Below, piece by piece: positions 21,071-31,507 of a DNA stretch of 50,998 nt. Source of the stretch: an uncultured Acidimicrobiia bacterium (GTDB taxonomy: Bacteria; Actinomycetota; Acidimicrobiia; Spongiisociales; UBA4744); the NCBI GenBank assembly GCA_964633745.1, contig CAZWHZ010000004.1, positions 1 through 50,998 of the forward strand, given 5' to 3'. The position numbers were made by a program, and so were the translations under genes. The stretch's first letter is position 1; each line of letters opens with the position of its first letter. Below the pieces are notes generated by a model. The model was not told the DNA's origin. It saw only the letters and a list, made by a program, of their open reading frames with translations, and made no database searches.

Positions 21071-22077
21071 TCGAGCAAGGTGGGCTGATGCGGTGGTTCC
21101 AGGCCGAGGTGTCGAAACGCCGCCGGGGTCGCGACACGACCTCTCGGGGTCCGCTTGAGCAGGCCACGCTTCAGCAGAAACGGCTCGTACGCTTCCTCGA
21201 CCGTCTCCGCTTCTTCGCCCACGACGATCGCGAGAGTCGAAAGACCGACGGGTCCGCCTCCAAACGTCTCCACGACAGCTCTGAGGATGTCGAGATCCAC
21301 CCGATCGAGCCCTAGGTCATCAACCTCGAACACCCTGAGCGCCTCGTTTGCCGTGTCGGCATCCACCACACCCGCGGCCCGCGCCACGGCGAAGTCCCTC
21401 ACGCGTGCCAGCAGCCTGTTGGCGATTCGGGGAGTACCCCTACTCCTCCCGGCGACAATCGCTGCACCGGCGTCGTCGATCGGCACTCCGATGATGCCCG
21501 CTGAGCGAAGAACGATCTGCGAGAGTTCATCGTCGGAGTAGAACTCGAGCTTGTCCACGATCCCGAACCGGTCGCGCAGTGGAGCAGTCACCTTGCCCTT
21601 TCGCGTCGTCGCTCCGACAAGCGTGAAGCGGGGTAGCTCCAGCCGGACCGACTGCGCAGAGGGCCCCTTGCCCAGCACGATGTCGAGGCGGAAGTCCTCC
21701 ATTGCGGGATAGAGAACCTCCTCCACTGCCCTCGGAAGCCGATGGATCTCGTCGATGAACAACACCTCACCCTCTTCGAGGTTGGTGACGATCGACGCCA
21801 CATCGCCGGGTCGTTCCAGCGCCGGTCCCGAGGTCACCCGGATACGAGTGCCGAGTTCCGTGGCGATGATCCCGGCCAGGGTCGTCTTGCCCAGGCCCGG
21901 GGGCCCGGACAGGAGGACGTGGTCCAGAGGGTGCTCGAGCTGCCTGGCGGCATCCAGACTGATTCTCAGGCGCTCCTTGACGTTGCCCTGCCCGATGAAC
22001 TCGTCCAACCGATTCGGGCGGAGTGTTTCATCGGTGTCGTCGGGGAGCCGCTCCGAGGTGAGGAGATCTTCTCTCAT
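21067..22077 (-). CDS. ruvB: Holliday junction DNA helicase RuvB
   Basis: 336 aa. [12 protein letters not shown], Walker [26 protein letters not shown]...LRDRFG. Confidence 0.97.
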
Positions 22078-22643
22078 CGCTTCCCCAGTTCCTGCAGTGC
22101 GAGCCGAAGCGCCTCCTCCACAGTGGCGTCCTCAGGGAGCGAGGCGATCACTTCTCGTAGTTCCGTCGCTGCGTATCCCAGCCCCTCGAGCGCGTCACGC
22201 ACCTGTGCCCGGGTACCGGATCCCACGACATCCGCTTCTTCACCCGCGATCCGCGGCCGAAGCTCGAGGATGAGCTTCTGGGCGCTCCTCGAGCCGATCC
22301 CGGGAACCACCGTGAGTGCCGCCGGGTCCTCCGCGATCACGGCCCTGCGGATCTCCTGGGCGCGCAGGCTCGCCATCATCGCCATCGCCAGCTTGGGACC
22401 GACCCCCGACGCTCCCAGAAGGAGCCGAAAGAGATCGCGGTCGTGCTGGTCAACGAACCCGTACAGGTCCAGAGCGTCCTCGCGCACGTGAAGATGCGTG
22501 TGAACAGTTGCAGTGCTGCCACCTTCGGCGAGCTTGGCGATGTCGCGCGGTGTGAGCTTCATCTCGAATCCGACACCCCCAACCGACAGGATGATCCCCT
22601 CCGCGCCGCGTGACTCGATCGTCCCATGCAGAACCCCGATCAT
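22074..22643 (-). CDS. ruvA: Holliday junction DNA helicase RuvA
   Basis: MIGVLHGTI... OB fold, HhH region ([31 protein letters not shown]). ATG 22643 shares 1 nt with the ruvC stop (TGATG). The 13-aa track extension is rejected. Confidence 0.93.
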   Translation of the reverse strand: MIGVLHGTIESRGAEGIILSVGGVGFEMKLTPRDIAKLAEGGSTATVHTHLHVREDALDLYGFVDQHDRDLFRLLLGASGVGPKLAMAMMASLRAQEIRRAVIAEDPAALTVVPGIGSRSAQKLILELRPRIAGEEADVVGSGTRAQVRDALEGLGYAATELREVIASLPEDATVEEALRLALQELGKR

Positions 22644-23116
22644 CACACCCTCCTCGACAGGGCATGCTGCTGGAGGTGGCACAGGGCGATGGCTACGGCG
22701 TCGGCGGCGTCCGGTGGGGACGGCGGCTCCGAGAGGCCCATCCGGGCAGCCACCATGCGCTGCACCTGTTCCTTCGGCGCTCGTCCATAGCCCGCGACAG
22801 CCGACTTCACGGCCGATGGGCTGTACTCGACCACGAGCAGCCCGGCCTCAGCTGCGGCAATCATCGCAGCTCCCGACGCCCGCACGACGGAGGTCGCCGT
22901 TTGGAGGTTGCGATTGACGAACACTTGCTCGATCGCCATAACCGACGGTGAAAACTCTCGAATCAAGCCTGCGAGGTCCCTTCGTATCTCGGCCAGCCGG
23001 TTCGGAATGGGATCTGCCGGACTCGTCCGGATCACCCCGAGTGCAACTATTTCGTCGTTTCCAACGACCGCGTAGCCGGTCGTGGTCAACCCGGGGTCGA
23101 TGCCGAGAACGAACAT
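22643..23116 (-). CDS. ruvC: Crossover junction endodeoxyribonuclease RuvC
   Basis: 157 aa. VLGIDPGLTTTGYAVV, EQVFVNRN, and C-terminal DAADAVAIALCH. Confidence 0.95.
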   Translation of the reverse strand: MFVLGIDPGLTTTGYAVVGNDEIVALGVIRTSPADPIPNRLAEIRRDLAGLIREFSPSVMAIEQVFVNRNLQTATSVVRASGAAMIAAAEAGLLVVEYSPSAVKSAVAGYGRAPKEQVQRMVAARMGLSEPPSPPDAADAVAIALCHLQQHALSRRV

Positions 23117-23159
23117 ATGTACGACAGTGTAACCGGCGAAGGTGACGCCACCGCGGCTA

Positions 23160-23900
23160 TCAGCCCATCAGGTCGGCCATCACATCGTCCGGAATATCGA
23201 AGTTGGCGAACACTTCTTGGACGTCATCGAGGTCTTCCAGTGCGTCGACGAGGCGCAGTATCTTCGGAGCCGTTGCACGATCGACCGGAACGACTGTCTT
23301 CGGCAAGTAGGTCACCTCGGCACTCTCCATTTCGGTCGCAATGCCCCCCACGGCCTCCCTCACGGCGGTGAAGAGTGCCGGCTCGCTGATCACCTCGAAT
23401 GCTCCCTCCGTTGGACGCACATCCTCGGCACCGGCATCGAGGGCAGCCAGCATGATTCCGTCCTCATCGCCTCTCACGACCAGGTACCCGCGCTGTTCGA
23501 ACAGGTAGGAGACAGATCCCGGTTCCCCCAAGTTGCCCCCATTGCGAGAGAAGGTCGATCTGACGTCGGATGCTGCCCTGTTGCGATTGTCCGTAAGGAT
23601 CTGGAGGAGGAGAGCGACTCCACCCGGACCGTACCCCTCGTACCAGAACTCCTCATACTCGACACCTTCGACTTCCCCGATCCCCCGTTTGATCGCGCGG
23701 TCGATGTTGTCGTTAGGTACCGACGCAGCTTTCGCCTTCTCGATGGCGTGGGCGAGCGTAGCGTTCCCGGTAGGGTCGCCACCCCCCTCTCTGGCTGCCA
23801 CCTCTACTACTTTGACGAGCTTCGCGAACAGCTTCCCCCGCTGTGCGTCCTTGGCGCCCTTCTTGTGCTTGATCGTTGACCACTTCGAATGTCCGGACAT
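23160..23900 (-). CDS. yebC: YebC/PmpR family DNA-binding transcriptional regulator
   Basis: 246 aa. [28 protein letters not shown] is the family signature. Confidence 0.95.
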   Translation of the reverse strand: MSGHSKWSTIKHKKGAKDAQRGKLFAKLVKVVEVAAREGGGDPTGNATLAHAIEKAKAASVPNDNIDRAIKRGIGEVEGVEYEEFWYEGYGPGGVALLLQILTDNRNRAASDVRSTFSRNGGNLGEPGSVSYLFEQRGYLVVRGDEDGIMLAALDAGAEDVRPTEGAFEVISEPALFTAVREAVGGIATEMESAEVTYLPKTVVPVDRATAPKILRLVDALEDLDDVQEVFANFDIPDDVMADLMG

Positions 23901-24475
23901 CAGGCTGCTCCCATACTCAGAGCCATCTTATGTACTCGCGAGTCGCCGGTCAGTTCCGGGTGGAAAGCGGCAGCGACGATACTCCCATCCCGGACCAGCA
24001 CCGGGTGCCCTTCGACTTCGGCCAGCACCTCGACGTGGGGCCCTACGCGCTCCACCCACGGAGCTCGAATGAACACTGCGTGGAACGGCGTGTCGAAGCC
24101 CTTCACGTCGACCTCGGCCTCGAACGAGTCATTCTGACGACCGAAGGCATTCCGCTGCACGGTCACATCCAGCACGCCGAGCAGGACTTGCGACCCTTCG
24201 GTGACCTCCGATGAGAGGAAGATCAAGCCGGCGCAGGTCCCCAACGTGGGAAGCCCCCCGCCGATCGCTTCCCGAAGCGGTTCGACCAACCCGAAACGGT
24301 CGGCGAGGCGGGCGATCGTTGTCGACTCGCCACCGGGGAAGACAAGACCGTCGAGACCCCGAAGGTCATCCGGCTGTCGCACTTCGCGAGGAGTCCATCC
24401 AAGTGTTCGCACGAGGTGCGCGTGTTCACGAACATCGCCCTGGAGGGCGACGATCCCGATCTCTCCCACGCTCAC
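23900..24475 (-). CDS. pdxT: Pyridoxal 5'-phosphate synthase glutaminase subunit PdxT
   Basis: 191 aa. [18 protein letters not shown] (catalytic Cys), FHPE. GTG start overlaps the pdxS stop (GTGA). Confidence 0.93.
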   Translation of the reverse strand: MSVGEIGIVALQGDVREHAHLVRTLGWTPREVRQPDDLRGLDGLVFPGGESTTIARLADRFGLVEPLREAIGGGLPTLGTCAGLIFLSSEVTEGSQVLLGVLDVTVQRNAFGRQNDSFEAEVDVKGFDTPFHAVFIRAPWVERVGPHVEVLAEVEGHPVLVRDGSIVAAAFHPELTGDSRVHKMALSMGAA

Positions 24476-25353
24476 CAGCCCCGCGTCTGAAGCAGCTCCG
24501 ACTCGGAGAGCACGGATATCTCGATGCCACGCATCGGTTCGCCGAGGCCTCGCGACACCTTCGCGACCATCGCTGGGTCTTGGAAGAACGTCACGGCCTC
24601 CACTATCGCCCGCGCTCGCGGTGCGGGGTCTTCGCTCTTGAAGATGCCCGATCCCACGAAGACACCCTCACATCCGAGCTGCATCATGAGAGCAGCATCC
24701 GCTGGGGTGGCCACTCCCCCGGCGGCGAAGTTGACGACCGGCAGCTTGCCCGTCTCGGCCACTTCGCGCACCAGCGCAACCGGTGCACCCAGATGCTTGG
24801 CAGCCGCCGCCAACTCCTCGGATCCCATGACGGTGAGAGCTCGCATCTCGCTCGTGACAGTTCTCATGTGACGAACCGCCTCCACAATGTTCCCGGTGCC
24901 GGCCTCGCCCTTGGTACGGATCATCGCTGCGCCCTCACCAATGCGTCGTAGCGCCTCGCCAAGGTTCCTCGCCCCGCACACAAACGGAGTCGTGAACTGC
25001 CACTTGTCGATGTGGTGCTCTTCGTCGGCGGGCGTCAGTACTTCGCTCTCGTCGATGTAGTCGACGCCCAGCGCCTGAAGGATCTGTGCTTCCACGAAAT
25101 GGCCTATGCGGGCCTTCGCCATGACGGGAATGCTCACCGCCCCCATGATCTCTTCGACCTTGGTGGGGTCAGCCATTCTCGCAACGCCACCCTCCCTGCG
25201 GATGTCGGCCGGGACGCGCTCGAGTGCCATCACTGCGACGGCACCGGCTTCCTCCGCAATCTTCGCCTGCTCCGCATTGACGACGTCCATGATCACGCCG
25301 CCCTTGAGCATCTCGGCAAGTCCTCGTTTCACCAAATCGGTCCCATGTTTCAC
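24472..25353 (-). CDS. pdxS: Pyridoxal 5'-phosphate synthase lyase subunit PdxS
   Basis: [53 protein letters not shown] start at GTG 25353, which lies 7 nt after GAGGAGGAA and 13 nt after the pimA-like stop. The track start at 25437 (also GTG) would overlap the upstream gene by 71 nt. Confidence 0.93.
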   Translation of the reverse strand: MKHGTDLVKRGLAEMLKGGVIMDVVNAEQAKIAEEAGAVAVMALERVPADIRREGGVARMADPTKVEEIMGAVSIPVMAKARIGHFVEAQILQALGVDYIDESEVLTPADEEHHIDKWQFTTPFVCGARNLGEALRRIGEGAAMIRTKGEAGTGNIVEAVRHMRTVTSEMRALTVMGSEELAAAAKHLGAPVALVREVAETGKLPVVNFAAGGVATPADAALMMQLGCEGVFVGSGIFKSEDPAPRARAIVEAVTFFQDPAMVAKVSRGLGEPMRGIEISVLSESELLQTRGW

Positions 25354-25366
25354 GTTCAGTTCCTCC

Positions 25367-26422
25367 TCATCTACCGATTCTACCGGCGGCACGCTCGATG
25401 GCTCGCTCGTAGACCGCGACCCAGCGCGGAAGGACACGACTCCAGTCGAAGGCGGCTGCCCTGGCCCTCCCCGACGCCCCGCGGCTGCGAGCGTGCGCCG
25501 GGTCCTTCAGGAGGCTCACAAGGGTGTCGGCGAGAGCGCGGCTGTCCCCCACCGGAACGTGATCGGCCGCACCGCCGGCCACAGCGAGGAACGCGGGGAG
25601 ATCCGTGGCCACGACGGCGCAGCCCGCGGCCATCCCCTCGATGAGGGTGATGCCGAAACTCTCGTTTCCGGTGTTGGGAGCACAGTAGATCGACGATGAA
25701 GCGAGAACCTCGCGCTTGCGTCGATCGGAGACGGACCCTTCGAACGTGACACCTTCGACGCGCACGCCCCGGGCCGCGCCCACCACGACCAGTTCCGCAT
25801 CTGGAACCATCGTCCTGACTCGCGTCCACGCATCCAGCAGCTCGTCCAGGCCCTTCCGGGGATCGTCGCGTCCGACAAACGCAACACGGTGACTGAAGCG
25901 CTCCTGTGGTGCGAACAGGGAAACGTCGACCGCGTTGGGGACGATCTCCAGGTCGGGTGCGAACCCGGTGACGGCACCGGCTGCCTCGGAGCTGACCGCG
26001 GTCAGTACGTCGACTCCCTCCAGGAGGCGGGAGAGAAGCGGCCCCCCGAACTTGTAGATAGCCCTCACGAAGATCGCGGGCTCGGCATGGAAGGTGCCGA
26101 CGGTAGGCGTGGTGCTACCGATCCACGATGCCGGGCCGACGAGCGGAAGAAGCGGTTCGTGGATGTGCACCACATCGACGTCGCCAATCGCCTCCCTGAC
26201 CCGCTGGATCGCTCCCGGCTCCAGGCAGACCGGCGCCACAGCGTCGTTCGATTCGACGTTGGTCGTGCCCCCGACAGACGTCCACGTCCCGTCGGATTCC
26301 CCTGGGCCGATCAAGTGCACACCGTACCCCGCCTTCCGCAGCTGATCCCGCAGACGCAGGGCCTGATCCTGTACGCCACCGTGTCTGTCGAGTGCGTACG
26401 GGCAGACGATCGCGACTCTCAA
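25367..26422 (-). CDS. pimA: GT4 glycosyltransferase, PimA-like phosphatidylinositol mannosyltransferase
   Basis: 351 aa. [17 protein letters not shown]-terminus and E-x7-E motif ([14 protein letters not shown]). Sits directly downstream of pgsA and the HtrB-like acyltransferase, as in the mycobacterial pgsA1-acyltransferase-pimA operon. TTG start overlaps the upstream stop (TTGA). Confidence 0.8.
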   Translation of the reverse strand: MRVAIVCPYALDRHGGVQDQALRLRDQLRKAGYGVHLIGPGESDGTWTSVGGTTNVESNDAVAPVCLEPGAIQRVREAIGDVDVVHIHEPLLPLVGPASWIGSTTPTVGTFHAEPAIFVRAIYKFGGPLLSRLLEGVDVLTAVSSEAAGAVTGFAPDLEIVPNAVDVSLFAPQERFSHRVAFVGRDDPRKGLDELLDAWTRVRTMVPDAELVVVGAARGVRVEGVTFEGSVSDRRKREVLASSSIYCAPNTGNESFGITLIEGMAAGCAVVATDLPAFLAVAGGAADHVPVGDSRALADTLVSLLKDPAHARSRGASGRARAAAFDWSRVLPRWVAVYERAIERAAGRIGR

Positions 26423-27285
26423 GGGGCTTGCCTATCGGAGGGCCAGTTTGGCTGCACGATGTGCCACTGCTCGGGAGCCCTCCGGATGAGTTCCTCCAGG
26501 GCCACGGCAATCCTGGCCGTGCCCTCGACGATTCGTTCCTCCACCGTGCCTGAGGTCGGCATCGGGACTGGCGCTTCCACGACCAGTCGGTGCCCGCGGC
26601 CTTCCTTGAAGTAGGCCGCGACGGGAAACACGGGCACACCGTGACGCATCCCCAGCGCTGCCGCGCCTGCAGGCATGGAGGTGCGTTCTCCAAAGAATTC
26701 GACGTCCACTCCGCGCGCTCTCACGTTGCGATCCATCACGAGAGCGACGGCGGCGCCGCGATCGAGCGCCTCTCCGAGGATCGACATGATCCCCGGCTCG
26801 TTCGCGAGCACAACGTCGATGCCGAGTTGGCGTCGGATGTCGATGAACCAGTCGACGACATCACTATCGGGCAGGGCCTCCGCTACCGCCAGGAGTTCGA
26901 GGCCGATATCGTGCCCGACGGTCCCCGCAACCTCCCAATTTCCTATGTGGGGCAGGGCGAAGATCATGCCTGTTCCCGCGTCGTGTGCGGCCTCTACCCG
27001 CTCGATCCCATCCCTGTCGATGTGTCGCAGGATCGCCGGCACTCGATGGGGTCGCACCCAGAACGCTTCGGCCCAATAGCGGCCGTACGCGCCGAATGCT
27101 GCTCTCGCCGTGTCTTCGACCTCGTGTTCGGAACCGATCGCTCGCGCCACGTGCCGAAGACTCATACGGCGCCTCCGACCGGAGCGTCCGTAGGCGATGC
27201 GTCCGGCTCGCTCACCTGCCCTCCTCACCAAGCTCTCCGGCAGCCATCCGGCCAGCGAGATCCCGGCGCGGTAGAACAGGTTCAT
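26419..27285 (-). CDS. LpxL/HtrB-family lipid acyltransferase (PIM acyltransferase-like)
   Basis: LPHIGNWEVAG (H-x-GNWE acyltransferase motif). Synteny between pgsA and pimA. ATG 27285 overlaps the pgsA stop (ATGA). The 93-aa Arg/Gly-rich track extension is rejected. Confidence 0.8.
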   Translation of the reverse strand: MNLFYRAGISLAGWLPESLVRRAGERAGRIAYGRSGRRRRMSLRHVARAIGSEHEVEDTARAAFGAYGRYWAEAFWVRPHRVPAILRHIDRDGIERVEAAHDAGTGMIFALPHIGNWEVAGTVGHDIGLELLAVAEALPDSDVVDWFIDIRRQLGIDVVLANEPGIMSILGEALDRGAAVALVMDRNVRARGVDVEFFGERTSMPAGAAALGMRHGVPVFPVAAYFKEGRGHRLVVEAPVPMPTSGTVEERIVEGTARIAVALEELIRRAPEQWHIVQPNWPSDRQAP

Positions 27286-27875
27286 TCGTCGAGCCGCTTC
27301 CAGCCGATCCAGAACCGCTGACCGACGGTGATCCACACGAGAACAGCCATCGCCCACAACATCGGTTCGACCTGCCCGAACAGAACCCCCGCGCCGAACA
27401 AGATCAGACGTTCCGCCCTTCCCATGAGCCCCCCACGTCCGTCGGCGCCACCCATCTCCACCTTTGCCCTCAGGTATGAGATCAGAAGCGAACCACCCAG
27501 CGAGACCGAGCACAGGGCGACCAGAGTCGGCTTGTCGGCGACGGCCAGAGCCAGTCCGGTCCACATCGCCGTCTCCTCGATTCGATCTGTCACCGAGTCC
27601 AGCAGTGCGCCCTTCGCCGAGTCGGTCCCCCGCACACGCGCAACCGCACCGTCGAGCGCGTCGATCGCTGATCCGATGAGCACGATGCCAACGCCGACGC
27701 GCAATCGCCCCATTCCTATGAGGACAGCGCCGGCGAGTGCGACAGCCAACCCAAACAAGGTGACATGCCAGGCTCGAACCCCGATTCTGGCAAGCGCCTT
27801 GCCGATAGGCGCAAGCAGCACGTTGGCCCTCCGGCGGGCTTTCAACTCGATCATGGGCTCAGCAACGTACCACAC
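27282..27875 (-). CDS. pgsA: CDP-alcohol phosphatidyltransferase (phosphatidylinositol-phosphate synthase-like)
   Basis: D-x2-DG-x2-AR...G-x3-D-x3-D motif (DALDGAVARVRGTDSAKGALLDSVTDRIEE), and a multi-TM protein. Start is uncertain: GTG 27875 or ATG 27854. Confidence 0.85.
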   Translation of the reverse strand: MWYVAEPMIELKARRRANVLLAPIGKALARIGVRAWHVTLFGLAVALAGAVLIGMGRLRVGVGIVLIGSAIDALDGAVARVRGTDSAKGALLDSVTDRIEETAMWTGLALAVADKPTLVALCSVSLGGSLLISYLRAKVEMGGADGRGGLMGRAERLILFGAGVLFGQVEPMLWAMAVLVWITVGQRFWIGWKRLDE

Positions 27876-27912
27876 CGCAGCGACGCCAGGATGAGGGCCG
27901 AGATCCCGCCAC

Positions 27913-27918
27913 TAGAAT
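27913..27918 (+). promoter_or_regulatory. Candidate -10 element (TAGAAT) for the EF-G-like gene
   Basis: TAnnnT hexamer in the divergent pgsA/EF-G-like spacer, 24 nt upstream of GTG 27942. AGGAGG lies at 27933-27938. Confidence 0.3.
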
Positions 27919-27941
27919 CGTCCGAAACACCAGGAGGTCAT

Positions 27942-29987
27942 GTGGTCCCCGAGAACATACGCAATGTCGCGCTGGTCGGTCATGGTGGCAGCGGGAAGAC
28001 CTCCCTCGCTGAAGCGCTGCTCTTCGTCGCCGGACAGACCACTCGACTCGGACGTACGGAGGATGGCAACACCGTCACTGACCATGAACCCGAGGAGATC
28101 GAACGCGAACTCTCCCTCGGGCTCGCCACGGCCTCATTTCCTTGGGGTCAGCAACGGATCACCCTCATCGACACACCCGGGTATGCAGACTTCATCGGAG
28201 ACGCCCGTTCGGCGCTCCGTGCTGCCGACATGGCCGTGTTCGTCGTTTCCGGCGTTGACGGTGTCGAGGTGCAAACCGAGGCTCTGTGGCAGTTCGCCGG
28301 CGAGGAAGGCATCCCGCGGATCATCTTCGTGAACAAACTGGACCGCGAGCGTGCGTCGTTCCAGAGAACACTCGACCAGCTTCGCGAGACATTCGGCAAA
28401 GGTGTCGCACCGGTGCAGGTTCCCATCGGATCGGAGTCGAGCCTGTCGGGCCTGGTGCGGGTGGTGTCCAACACGGCCGTTGAGTACACCTCGGGCAACC
28501 CGAAAGGAAAGCCGGGTACCGCCCCGGAGTCGATGGCCGACGTAATGGCCAAGATGCACACCGCCTTGGTCGAGTCGGTTGTCGAGACGAGCGACGATCT
28601 TCTCGAGGCCTACTTCGAGGGCGTCGAACCGGACAGGGCGACGATCGTCAAGGTCACCCACGCGGGCATCCTCAGCGGGGAGATCCAGCCGGTGTTGTGC
28701 GGATCGGCGACACAGCTCATCGGTATCGACGCGCTCGCCGACTTCATCGCCGAGTTCGGTCCGAACCCACTGGAGCGCGCGTCGGTGCCGCTCGTGGGCG
28801 GTGGAACACTACCCAAGGACAGCGGGCCCGTGGCCTATGTGTTCAAGACGACCTCCGATCCGTACGTCGGTCGGATCTCCCTGCTGCGCGTCTACTCGGG
28901 CGAGGTCAAAGCTGACGACGTACTCGAGTCCTCATCCAGGGAGAAGGTTCGCGTCCACAACCTGTTCACCATGCAAGGCAAGGAGCACAACGATGCTGCC
29001 GATCTGATCGCCGGGGACATTGCGGCGGTCGCCAAGATCGAGGATCTCCGTCCCGGCGACACACTTCATGCGCCTGGGTCCTCCGTGGCGATCGCCCCCG
29101 TGACGATGCCGCGCCCGGTCATGAGTGTCGTTGTGTCCCCGCACTCTTCGCAGGACGAGGAGAAGCTCTCGACGGCTCTCGCCAGGATCACTGAAGAGGA
29201 TCCAACGCTCGAGGTCGAACGGCGAGCCGAGACAAAGGAGACGGTCCTCGCGGGTCTCGGTGACACCCACCTCGACGTCACGGTTGCCCGTCTCGCTCGG
29301 AAGTTCGGTGTGGAAGTGGAGACGTCGATCCCGACCGTTGCGTATCGGGAGACGATCGCGGCTACCGCTGAGGCCGAAGGCAAACACAAGAAGCAAAGCG
29401 GTGGCCGTGGCCAGTATGGCGTGGCGTTCGTCCGATTCGAGCCTCTGCCGAGAGGCTCCGGCTACGAGTTCGTCGACGCGATCAAAGGTGGATCGATTCC
29501 CCGCCAGTACATCCCCGCCGTCGACAAGGGTGTCCACGAGGGGCTCGAGAGAGGGATCCTCGCCGGCTTCCCGGTCACCGATGTGCGCGCGACGGTGTAT
29601 GACGGCAAGTACCACTCGGTGGACTCTGACGAGTTGTCCTTCCGGATGGCAGGCATCATGGCGGTTCGAGCTGCAGCCCCGAGTCTGCGCGCCACATTGC
29701 TCGAGCCGATCGTCCATGCCCGCGTCAGCGTGCCGGAGGACTACATGGGCGACGTCATCGGCGACCTCAACTCCAAACGGGGCAAGGTTCTCGGAATGGA
29801 CTCGGACGGTCGGTTCCGGATCGTCACCGCAGAGGTCCCTTTGGCCGAGATGCAGCGCTACGCGATCGATCTCCGGTCGATCACGGGTGGACGCGGTAGT
29901 TTTGAAATGGAGTTTGATCACTACGAGGAGGTTCCGAGGCAGGAAGCCCAGAAGATCATCGCTTCTGCCCAGCAGGAAGAGGCGTAA
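27942..29987 (+). CDS. Elongation factor G paralogue (EF-G-like / EF-G2-type translational GTPase)
   Basis: G1 GHGGSGKTS, G3 DTPGYADF, G4 NKLD, then EF-G domains II-V (GRGQYG, domain IV/V motifs). I start at GTG 27942, directly after AGGAGG. The upstream 59 codons of the track ORF overlap pgsA and are rejected. Confidence 0.88.
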   Translation: MVPENIRNVALVGHGGSGKTSLAEALLFVAGQTTRLGRTEDGNTVTDHEPEEIERELSLGLATASFPWGQQRITLIDTPGYADFIGDARSALRAADMAVFVVSGVDGVEVQTEALWQFAGEEGIPRIIFVNKLDRERASFQRTLDQLRETFGKGVAPVQVPIGSESSLSGLVRVVSNTAVEYTSGNPKGKPGTAPESMADVMAKMHTALVESVVETSDDLLEAYFEGVEPDRATIVKVTHAGILSGEIQPVLCGSATQLIGIDALADFIAEFGPNPLERASVPLVGGGTLPKDSGPVAYVFKTTSDPYVGRISLLRVYSGEVKADDVLESSSREKVRVHNLFTMQGKEHNDAADLIAGDIAAVAKIEDLRPGDTLHAPGSSVAIAPVTMPRPVMSVVVSPHSSQDEEKLSTALARITEEDPTLEVERRAETKETVLAGLGDTHLDVTVARLARKFGVEVETSIPTVAYRETIAATAEAEGKHKKQSGGRGQYGVAFVRFEPLPRGSGYEFVDAIKGGSIPRQYIPAVDKGVHEGLERGILAGFPVTDVRATVYDGKYHSVDSDELSFRMAGIMAVRAAAPSLRATLLEPIVHARVSVPEDYMGDVIGDLNSKRGKVLGMDSDGRFRIVTAEVPLAEMQRYAIDLRSITGGRGSFEMEFDHYEEVPRQEAQKIIASAQQEEA

Positions 29988-30008
29988 GAGGAAAACTCAC
30001 GAGTCGGG

Positions 30009-30038
30009 CGAGGGCATCCCCCCTCGGGCATGCCCTCG
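30009..30038 (+). terminator. Hairpin between the EF-G-like and citrate synthase genes
   Basis: CGAGGGCAT (30009-30017) pairs with ATGCCCTCG (30030-30038), giving a 9-bp stem and a 12-nt C-rich loop. Alternative shorter GAGGG/CCCTC pairings exist. No U-tract. Confidence 0.35.
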
Positions 30039-30058
30039 GTACAGCCCAAGGAGGCACC

Positions 30059-31357
30059 ATGACACTGAAGGAAGCCCTAGAGACGAAGATCGACGACTGG
30101 CGACCCAGAACAACCCGTCTACTCAAGGAGTTCGGAGACGTCAAAGTCTCGGATGTTTCGATCTCCCAGGCGATCGGCGGAGCGAGAGGGGTTCGGTGTC
30201 TTGTCACAGACATCTCATACCTCGATCCCAATGAGGGGATCCGATTCCGCGGTCACACGATTCCCGAGACACTCGCGATGCTCCCGAAGGTGCCTGGAAA
30301 GGAGATGCCCTTCGTAGAAGGTCATATCTACCTCCTGCTGACCGGTCAGGTGCCGACGGAAGACGACGTCGCCGATCTCGTCGAGGACTTGAAGCGCCGC
30401 AGAGGCGTTCCCGGCTACGTGTTCGACATGTTGCGGGCAATGCCCCTCGACACCCACCCGATGACCTTGTTCTCAGCCGGAATTCTCGCCATGCAGCGTG
30501 AGTCCGCGTACGTCGAGGCGTACAACGAAGGACTCGGCAAGATGGATCACTGGCAGCCAACCCTGGAGGACGCACTGAATCTCTGGGCGAGGCTTCCCGA
30601 GCTTGGCGCCTTCATCTACCGGCTCAAGTACAAAGGCGACACGCCGATCGCACCGGACCCGGACTTGGACCTGGGAGGAGACTTCGCCCACATGATGGGC
30701 ATCGACGATCCGTACGACGACGTCGCACGTCTCTACTTCATCCTCCACTCGGATCATGAGAGCGGCAACGTGAGCGCTCACGCCGGTCATCTCGTGGCGA
30801 GCGCCCTCTCCGACGTGTACTACGCAACCTCCGCGATGATCGACGGCCTCGCCGGTCCGCTCCACGGACTCGCCAACCAGGAGGTGCTGCGCTGGATCCA
30901 GGGCGTCATGGACAAGATGGGCGGTGTAGTACCCACCGAAGAGAAGATGAAGGAGTTCGTGTGGGACACGCTCAACTCCGGGCAAGTGGTCCCAGGCTTC
31001 GGACACGCGGTGCTCCGAAAGACCGATCCAAGGTACGCCGAGCAGCGAAACTTCTGCCTCAAGCACCTTCCCGACGATCCCATCTTCAAGTATGTGGACG
31101 TCCTCTACAAGGTCGTTCCACCGATCTTGGAGGAGCAGGGCAAGGCGAAGAACCCGTGGCCGAACGTCGATGCTCAGTCCGGTGTCATCCAGTGGCACTA
31201 TGGGCTGCAGGAGTATGACTTCTACACGGTGCTCTTCGGCATTGGACGCTCCCTAGGGGTGCTTTCCAACATCGTGTGGGACAGGGCTCTCGGCTACCCG
31301 ATCGAGCGGCCCAAGTCGCTGACCACGGCGATGCTCGAGGAGATCGCCGGCGTCTAG
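30059..31357 (+). CDS. Citrate synthase (eukaryote/mitochondrial-like type)
   Basis: 432 aa. LHSDHESGNVSAH, GPLHGLANQEV, PGFGHAVLRKTDPR catalytic His/Asp signature regions. AAGGAGG is 5 nt upstream of the ATG. Confidence 0.92.
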   Translation: MTLKEALETKIDDWRPRTTRLLKEFGDVKVSDVSISQAIGGARGVRCLVTDISYLDPNEGIRFRGHTIPETLAMLPKVPGKEMPFVEGHIYLLLTGQVPTEDDVADLVEDLKRRRGVPGYVFDMLRAMPLDTHPMTLFSAGILAMQRESAYVEAYNEGLGKMDHWQPTLEDALNLWARLPELGAFIYRLKYKGDTPIAPDPDLDLGGDFAHMMGIDDPYDDVARLYFILHSDHESGNVSAHAGHLVASALSDVYYATSAMIDGLAGPLHGLANQEVLRWIQGVMDKMGGVVPTEEKMKEFVWDTLNSGQVVPGFGHAVLRKTDPRYAEQRNFCLKHLPDDPIFKYVDVLYKVVPPILEEQGKAKNPWPNVDAQSGVIQWHYGLQEYDFYTVLFGIGRSLGVLSNIVWDRALGYPIERPKSLTTAMLEEIAGV

Positions 31358-31369
31358 GCCGAGTTCGAC

Positions 31370-31403
31370 AGAGTGGGAGTCCTCAGGGGAGGACTCCCAC
31401 TCT
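31370..31403 (+). terminator. Strong intrinsic-terminator-like hairpin after citrate synthase
   Basis: Perfect 15-bp stem, AGAGTGGGAGTCCTC / GAGGACTCCCACTCT, with a 4-nt loop AGGG, 12 nt after the stop codon. No U-tract, which is common in high-GC actinobacteria. Confidence 0.7.
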
Positions 31404-31479
31404 CGTATCTGCTACCTCGCGACTGTCGACGCACGGCGACCGCGGGGCAACTCGTACCCCTACGAGATACAAGGTGCAG

Positions 31480-31504
31480 GGTGAGCGAGCTTCGCTCGGT
31501 CACC
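31480..31504 (-). terminator. Hairpin immediately downstream of the MMPL gene
   Basis: GGTGAGCGAGC-TTC-GCTCGGTCACC: an 11-bp stem with one G.G mismatch, 3 nt after the MMPL stop (31508). Confidence 0.45.
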
Positions 31505-31507
31505 CTC

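Noticed and set aside
27942-29987. EF-G-like GTPase as a Tet(M)/Tet(O)-type ribosomal protection resistance gene.
   Set aside because: It lies in a chromosomal core context with no mobile-element signatures. The domain motifs fit generic EF-G paralogues equally well. The two cannot be distinguished without a phylogeny, so it is not claimed.
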